A DNA stretch of 64,000 bases from Flavobacteriales bacterium (lineage in GTDB: Bacteria; Bacteroidota; Bacteroidia; Flavobacteriales_F; PHOS-HE28), in the NCBI GenBank assembly GCA_047601855.1, contig JASGIM010000002.1, forward strand, positions 708,277-772,276, given 5' to 3'. Made by a program: the position numbers and the translations under genes. How positions within the stretch are numbered: position 1 is the first letter of the stretch; each line of letters starts with the position of its first letter. This document shows positions 59,101-64,000 of the stretch, piece after piece. Below the pieces are notes generated by a model that saw nothing but the letters and a program-made list of their open reading frames with translations, was not told the origin of the DNA and ran no database searches.

Positions 59101-61160
59101 AGGTCCACAGGGCCGATGCCCGCGCTGCGCTGGCCGGCACCGTTGAAGTACAGGGCCGTTCCGCTGACCGCACCACAGGCATCGCTGATGGAGCCGCCGC
59201 GGATCGTCCACCAGGTGGCGGGGGCGCCGTTGAACGCGTCGAAGCGTATCGGCCGCTCGGCCTTCACTTGCAGGTTTACCGTCTCGCCCAGGCAGATGGC
59301 ATCGTCGTTCGTGGTGGCGTGCAGGGCGTATACGTCACTGGGGCGCACGGTCACCAGCACGCTGTCCACCGCGCTGCCGCAACCCACCGGGCTTACCACG
59401 GAGAGCTTGTACCACGTGGTGGTGCTCGGGAAAGCACGCGGGGTCGGGGAATGCGGATCGTTGAGGTCGTTCGCGGGGCTCCAGCTCAGGTCGAACCAAG
59501 CCGGGTCGGGTGCGGGCAAAGCCTCCAGGTGGACCGAGCTGAACTGACATACATCCACGGTGGTGGCGCCATTGGCGCGCATATCCAGCGTGGGTTGCAC
59601 CGGTAGGCCGATCGGGAATTCGAAATGTTCCGGGCAGCCGCTGATGGGCCGCGTGCCATCCACCCGGTACACATCGTTGTGGTCCGGCGTGAAGGTGTAG
59701 TCACTGTTGGTGGAAAGCACCGTGCCGGGCGTGCTGGCGGTGGTCCAGGCGATGTTGTTCAGCGCGATCGGTGCGCTCAATGTTATCGGTGCATCGGAAC
59801 AGAGCACCGGTTCCGGTGGAATGATGGGGTACGGGGCGTCGGATACCGAGAACATATACCCTTCCCCAGGGGCCAGGCCATACCCATAGGCGAGGAAACC
59901 GGCGCTGGAGCGCAGGCGGTGCGTCCCGGCCGAGATCACCGTGCTCGCATAGGAAAGGCCGGTGCAGTGCCCGTATGGCGTGAAGAGCGCGCTGCTCATC
60001 GCCCCATCATCCAGGTATACGGTGTTCACGCCCGAGGTGGGAACGATCACGCTCAGGCGATGCACCGTGCTGGGTGGTTGGAGGTGCATGGTGGAGAATA
60101 CCACCGAATGGTTCAGCAACTGGTCGGGCAGCAAGCGCACCGATGCTGGATCACCTGCTGCATTAGGTGTTGGGCCGCAGGCACCTCCCTGGAGCATCTG
60201 TGTTACGCTGATCGGGCGGTCCGCGGAAATGCATACCGGTGTGGGGACGAAGTTGGCCTCGTAGTACTCGCCGGCGTTCAGCGTGGCCGTGGCGACGCCA
60301 TCCACGTTCACATGCGTGCCGTTCTCTGCGGCAAGCACACGATAGGTATACGCGGGCATGCCGACGATGGGAGCGGTATGGAAGGAAGCACCCCAGGACG
60401 TTACCGGCGCCATTTGCTCGAACAGGTGGGTGCAGGCCGGGCAGGTGGATGGCACATATGAACAGATGCTGCCGCCGAAAACGGCGAACGACCGGCAAGG
60501 ACCGCTGGCCTCCGTACCTTCCACCAAAGTGCCGGTGAGATCGGCGCTGGAGCTGAGCGCTTGTACTTGATAGGTCTGACCGGCATCCAGGTCCACGGTG
60601 AACGGGACATGGGCGGGGTGCCCGCCCTTGGTGGGCACCGTCGGCGTGATGCGTATTTGCGTACCATGCGTAGTGGCCACCACCAGGAATTCGCTGCGGT
60701 AGGTGTCCGCCCAGCCGGGTACGCCGCTATAGGCTTCCACGCGGTAACGGTTGCCTAGGGAAGCCGTGGTGATCAGTTGCGCACCATCTCCCGTAGTGGC
60801 TTGGTAGTTCACAGCGGATATGTTCACGCTATCGGAGGCAGTGATGTGGATGCCCCCGGCCTGTACGATCTCTGAACCGATGCTCGCTGCACTCAGGGGC
60901 ACGTTCACCACTATGGTGCTATTGGCCGCTACAGTGAAGTTCGCCGACCAGCCCGTTGCCGGCATGCTCGCTGTGCCGCTCGCCCCATCAGGCGCGCCGA
61001 TGAGGAGCTGGAGCGATTGGCTGCCGGTCGAATTCTGCATGAAGCCGCACCAGAAATCCGTTCCATATGTGCCGATGCGCAGGGGTTGCGCGGCAGCGAC
61101 AGCGGCCACGCAGGCGAGCAACAAGGAGAAGAACGGACGTAGCACACGCATCTCTTTCAC
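56148..61160 (-). CDS. giant (1670-aa) T9SS type-B C-terminal-domain cell-surface protein with ~12 tandem Ig/PKD-like ~75-aa modules
   Basis: N-terminal signal peptide. Repeated CxxxPLVLDAGxxGSTYxWxxGxxTxTITVxxxGxYxVxVTxxxGC units. C-terminus FTPNGDGRNDSWQPVG...MYVWRMTYKF matches the gliding-motility CHU_C / TIGR04131 domain. Confidence 0.85.
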   Translation of the reverse strand: MKEMRVLRPFFSLLLACVAAVAAAQPLRIGTYGTDFWCGFMQNSTGSQSLQLLIGAPDGASGTASMPATGWSANFTVAANSTIVVNVPLSAASIGSEIVQAGGIHITASDSVNISAVNYQATTGDGAQLITTASLGNRYRVEAYSGVPGWADTYRSEFLVVATTHGTQIRITPTVPTKGGHPAHVPFTVDLDAGQTYQVQALSSSADLTGTLVEGTEASGPCRSFAVFGGSICSYVPSTCPACTHLFEQMAPVTSWGASFHTAPIVGMPAYTYRVLAAENGTHVNVDGVATATLNAGEYYEANFVPTPVCISADRPISVTQMLQGGACGPTPNAAGDPASVRLLPDQLLNHSVVFSTMHLQPPSTVHRLSVIVPTSGVNTVYLDDGAMSSALFTPYGHCTGLSYASTVISAGTHRLRSSAGFLAYGYGLAPGEGYMFSVSDAPYPIIPPEPVLCSDAPITLSAPIALNNIAWTTASTPGTVLSTNSDYTFTPDHNDVYRVDGTRPISGCPEHFEFPIGLPVQPTLDMRANGATTVDVCQFSSVHLEALPAPDPAWFDLSWSPANDLNDPHSPTPRAFPSTTTWYKLSVVSPVGCGSAVDSVLVTVRPSDVYALHATTNDDAICLGETVNLQVKAERPIRFDAFNGAPATWWTIRGGSISDACGAVSGTALYFNGAGQRSAGIGPVDLSGGGRAHFALKIAAGTAPCDDAEPGEDVVFEYSVNNGTNWTTLATFNEAGYPSFTNMDVEIPALNGPGANTLVRWRQLSHSGAGQDNWALDNVVLTRLDNTGLPWTWTPAASLTAPTAAVTTATPTADARYHVSTSTPSGCSYADSVQVTVAPAFSIVPIADTVRCGNAGIQLHAHVTSGQGVQWAWTPNNGSIDHPDAPNVTATPNATTNYTLTATSNLGCTDTKTMRVTVGQLTALSVTTPDAQLCSGEQTTLQATITATGDYSISWSPAAGLSDAHAANPTASPTETTTYTCTVTDIASGCSLTDNVTIVVHGPYHLSLPNDTTVCTALGRQLIATHDVPAPYSIAWTPAANLNAANIAAPTILHDSSATYRVTITDAFGCSASDSVRISVAFDDLLTPVHVSACAGQPLVLDAGFPGSTYDWTTGDRTRTITVNTPGSYTATITDPRFCQAIMTFVASFSPLPQVDLGPDTMLCGAASFTLDARSSGNALTWNTGDHTQLITVTSSGMYSVQATSPQGCQSGDAVQVTLAAAPVDVLHDVTQCESEPLVLDAGNTGSTYAWSDGSHARQITPNSSGTYSVIVTTPQGCSRTFDALVTLMPVVHVELGPDTALCDGLPLVLDAGSPALTHTWNTGDHTRTITPTASGTFRVTVSNGYCNATDSIAVRFDPLPVDVLQDITSCIDQPVTLDAGNAGSTYLWDNDARTSTLTVSAPGGLRTVTVTTEHGCVGHFDAQVAFVPYPVVDIGADTVLCDGEVLTLNAGDHPGASFTWSNGSHASTLAVTGSGSYSVAVDNGHCITTDAIQVIFNPIPLRAPVHQLYTCLNEDPHAIAVDAGNEHCTYSWNTGETTRTIMAGEYGWHVVRITNAYGCSITDSVMVNEFCPPSLYIPNAFTPNGDGRNDSWQPVGNNVVDLDLQVFDRWGGLVFHATDLSQAWDGTIAGRPAPNDMYVWRMTYKFIEQSDGTVGFEHKEMGQVQVLR

Positions 61161-61402
61161 CGATCGGGGGTCCTCTTTTTCATCTGGCCTGATACGGGCC
61201 GCTGGGTTGAAAGGTTCGTTCGTTCAAGAAGAAGTCGCCTTCGATGAATGGACCTTTCTTGCCGATGAATGTACCACATCTTCTGACCCAAGACAGGTGA
61301 ACAGGTCACTGGGTTGCCTCGGCGAAAGGCCTTTTTTCGTCGACGAACGTGGATGCCTAACCCTCAAAAAGGGTCAGAAATAGTGCCTTAATAGACTGAG
61401 GA

Positions 61403-62996
61403 TCAGGGTTTTACAGGCCAAATGATCTCGACGGTCCAGTCCGCCCGAACGGTCACAGGAGCCGCGTACCGGAAGGTCCGTTCCGGCTGGAATCCGGCGG
61501 CGTAGCTCCCCGTGGTCCATTTGCCGTCACCGTTCCGGTCGTCGATTAGCCGCAGGGAATACCCCTCGGGCGCCACGTTCCTCCAAAAGACCTTCACCGG
61601 CCATTGCGCGCTCCGGAACTCCCGGCTGACGCGGCCTCCCGCATCGATCAATTGGAGCACCGCCGGTTCCGGTGCCGCATGCAGGCCGTTCGGCTCCACC
61701 GTTACCTGGAGTTCCCCGGAACCCTGGTCCCCGGCGGTGCCCAAGGGGAAGCGCAACGTATCGTTCCCGCTCCGGTAGCGGTCGGTCAGTGCGCCGGGGA
61801 AAAGGACGAGTTCCCGTTTCGCCTTGCCGGGGGTGAGCTCCCTGATCCTCAGCGTGCGCGGTGCAGCGGTGTCGAGCACGGCGGCCACGGAGCGCCGTTC
61901 CGCACCCTCGAACACGCCCATGTGGGCGGTATCCACGGTGGTCAGCGGACGAGTGGCCGTGAAGCGCAGGGTGCCGGGCAGGGTGTCCTTTCCCAGGGTA
62001 AGCCCCACGTAGAACGGCATGCGCACGACCGGGCGGTAGGTGAGGGTGTCCAGCACGTTCTCTCCTTCGCGCAGCTCGAACCGCTGTTCCCGAAGCCATG
62101 CCGTATCCGAAGGCCACATCAGCAGGGTATCGTGCGCCGCATTCCATTCCGGCGACCAGGTGAGCGGATTGCCCTCGCGGTCCAGGGACCGCAACGCGGG
62201 CCGTGTGCCGGGCCGTGCCAGCACCATTCGCCACGCGCGGTCGGCCTGCACGCGGGCTTCCACCAGCTGCTGCCGATCGGGCGGTTCGCGGAAGAGCGAC
62301 AGGGAGTGGACGGCGGTGTCGCCTGCGGCGATGGCGCTGTCGGCGAAGGCGATCTCCTCGTTCGGCAGGTCGTAGCGGTAGTTCGCGTTCTGATCGGCGC
62401 AAGGCGGTGAGGTGGAACCGTCCCGCGCGCAAGTGCTCCAGCAGGAACGCCCCGTTGGCGTCGGTACGCGTGAAGTAGGCGGGCATCCCGGTGCGCACGG
62501 TCACGGTATCCGCCGCGTCGTGCAACAACACCAGCACCCCTGCGGCCGCATCGCCCGTGAACGCATCCCGTACCGACCCGTGGATGGTAAGGCTGTCCAC
62601 ATGATCGCCGGTGGACAATACGTAGCTCAGGCCCAGAGCATGGTTGCCTTCGCTGAGGTCCGCGATGGCATCGCCGATGTTGAACGTGTACGTGGTGTTC
62701 GCCGCCAGGGGGGCGCGCAGGGCGATCACCACGTCGCGGCCGCCGCTCACCTGCACGTTCGGGGCCTTGGCGAGCGGGGGCGATACGAGGAGCTTCTCCC
62801 GCACGCGGTCCAAGGTGATGCGTTCGTTGAAGTGCAGCACGATGCGGTCCGTGCTGGACCGGATGCTGGCGTTGGGCGGATCGGCGCCGAGCAGGACCGG
62901 TGGCGTGCTGTCCTTGGGGCCTCCCTGGGGCTCGCGCACCTGCGCGCAAGCGGCCAGCATGGCCATCAACAACGCCGCGTACGCTCCCTGTCTCAT
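61403..62996 (-). CDS. Ig-like-domain lipoprotein (one +1 frame break near 62395)
   Basis: MRQGAYAALLMAMLAACAQ is a lipobox. ORF 61527..63230 reads ...FLLEHLRAGRFHLTALR, and ORF 61403..62263 continues in the next frame with HQNANYRYDLPNEEIAFADSAI... Confidence 0.6.
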
Positions 62997-63481
62997 TCGA
63001 AGAGCGGGCCGATCAACGCGCAGAGGCGGTCCAATGCGTGCCCATCGACCTCGGAGAAGTCGTCGGGCTTGCTGCTGTCGATGTCCAGCACGGCGGCCAC
63101 GCGCCCGTCGCGGTCGCGGATGGGCACCACGATCTCGCTGCGGCTGTGCGGGTCGCATGCGATGTGCCCGGGGAACTTCTCCACGTCCGGAACGATCAGG
63201 ATGCGTTCCTCCGCCCATGCCGTGCCACATACGCCGCGGCCATGGCCGATGCGCGTGCAGGCCACCGGCCCTTGGAAGGGCCCGAGCACCAGTTCCGCGC
63301 CGAGCACGCGGTAGAAGCCGATCCAGTGCCAGCCGAACGCGGTGCGGATGGCGGCGCTTACGTTGGCCATGGCGGCCACGACGTCCCGTTCCTCGTGCAG
63401 CAGCTCGCGCACTTGCGGGATCAACGCGGCGTAGAGGGCCACGCGGTCGGTGGTGTCGGGCAGGGCGATGGTGGTGCTCAT
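62993..63481 (-). CDS. GAF-domain protein (free methionine-(R)-sulfoxide reductase family, MsrC/YebR-like)
   Basis: FGWHWIGFYRVLGAELVLGPFQGPVACTRIGHGRGVCGTAWAEERILIVPDVEKFPGHIACD is the fRMsr active-site region. Stop overlaps the downstream ATG (ATGA). Confidence 0.75.
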   Translation of the reverse strand: MSTTIALPDTTDRVALYAALIPQVRELLHEERDVVAAMANVSAAIRTAFGWHWIGFYRVLGAELVLGPFQGPVACTRIGHGRGVCGTAWAEERILIVPDVEKFPGHIACDPHSRSEIVVPIRDRDGRVAAVLDIDSSKPDDFSEVDGHALDRLCALIGPLFE

Positions 63482-63519
63482 GGGAGGCGCGCGAAGATAC
63501 CGGCGGCGTGCCGCAAGGC

Positions 63520-64000
63520 TCATGCGCAGGCGCACGTGAGCACGCTCACGCGCGTGCCGGGCACGCGTTGCAGCGCCTGGATGCAGGCTTCCAGCGTGGC
63601 GCCGGTGGTGATGACATCGTCCACCAGCAGCACGTGCGCATCGCGCAGGGGTTCCTGATCGGCCAGATCGAAGGCGCCGCCCACGTTCGTCCAGCGGTCC
63701 ATGCGGCCGCGCTTGGTCTGGGTGGAGGTCCGCACCGTCCGCAGCAGTCCGTCACCGCCTTTGCGGAGGGGCCAGGCCGTGCGCAGGCCGTCCACCAGCA
63801 CCTGGCTCTGGTTGTAGCCGCGTTGCCGCTGTTTGCGGGGGTGCAGGGGAACGGCCATCACGGTATCCACCGTGCTGAACCGCGGGCTCGCCATCACGTC
63901 CTCTGCCATGCGGCGGCCCAGTTCCAGGCCTACTTCGCGGTCGCCCCTGTACTTCAAGCGATGCAGCATCCGCTGCACCATGCCGCCGGGGGTGAACTGG
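63520..64000 (-). CDS. comF: ComF-family phosphoribosyltransferase-domain protein, C-terminal part (gene continues past window end)
   Basis: PLHPRKQRQRGYNQSQ...VLLVDDVITTGATLEAC is the PRTase motif. The reading frame is open to the window edge. Confidence 0.65.
   Translation of the reverse strand, partial: QFTPGGMVQRMLHRLKYRGDREVGLELGRRMAEDVMASPRFSTVDTVMAVPLHPRKQRQRGYNQSQVLVDGLRTAWPLRKGGDGLLRTVRTSTQTKRGRMDRWTNVGGAFDLADQEPLRDAHVLLVDDVITTGATLEACIQALQRVPGTRVSVLTCACA

Noticed and set aside
1-64000. CRISPR arrays, tRNA/rRNA genes, transposases, integrases, restriction-modification genes
   Set aside because: I scanned the intergenic regions and ORF translations. No direct-repeat/spacer arrays, no tRNA-like T-arm/anticodon structures, and no DDE or tyrosine-recombinase motifs were seen.

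Overview
This 64-kb window is a high-GC (~65%) chromosomal segment that I assign to Bacteroidota. The basis is several T9SS C-terminal sorting domains, TAnnTTTG -7 promoter motifs, a short ~336-aa NuoG, b558-type SdhC, and an ExbB-ExbD-TonB-PstS-TPR cluster. It is mostly core metabolism broken by accessory loci. Contents, 5' to 3':
- ileS (partial, minus strand), an orphan LytTR protein, and a pair of secreted beta-helix / T9SS tandem-repeat proteins.
- lhr, a 1501-aa helicase.
- A minus-strand block: DUF983, DnaJ-KTSC, MFS, NYN-LOTUS, YceI, pirin, with a divergent HxlR regulator.
- An exbB-exbD-exbD-tonB-exbD-tonB-pstS-like-TPR cluster.
- gltP and a degraded MORN/YwqK gene.
- The complete 14-gene complex I operon nuoA-N on the minus strand (about 24.9-38.1 kb).
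- A regulatory module: beta-propeller LytS-type histidine kinase, two LytTR response regulators and a lipoprotein.
- Three tiny overlapping ORFs and a T9SS protein.
- pepP, sdhCAB, ybdL-yafV, a 1670-aa T9SS type-B adhesin, an Ig-like lipoprotein, a GAF protein and comF (partial).

No rRNA, tRNA, CRISPR array, transposase or integrase was found. I did not find one clean novel multi-gene system. The most notable observations are:
1. Seven reading-frame breaks in nuoA, nuoB, nuoL, nuoM, nuoN (two) and the Ig-like lipoprotein gene are each explained by one extra C after GAT on the + strand (GAT^CG or GAT^CC). sdhA and nuoC carry 1-nt deletions in C-runs. I read this as a systematic sequencing-error signature, possibly linked to GATC methylation, rather than pseudogenisation.
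2. A family of GAATGG-heptad palindromic elements, one of them inserted in-frame inside lhr.
3. A lower-GC ~0.77-kb insert directly after sdhB, ending in a degenerate second copy of the sdhB 3' end plus terminator.
4. A 30-nt hairpin motif present twice, one copy sitting on the nuoF translation start.
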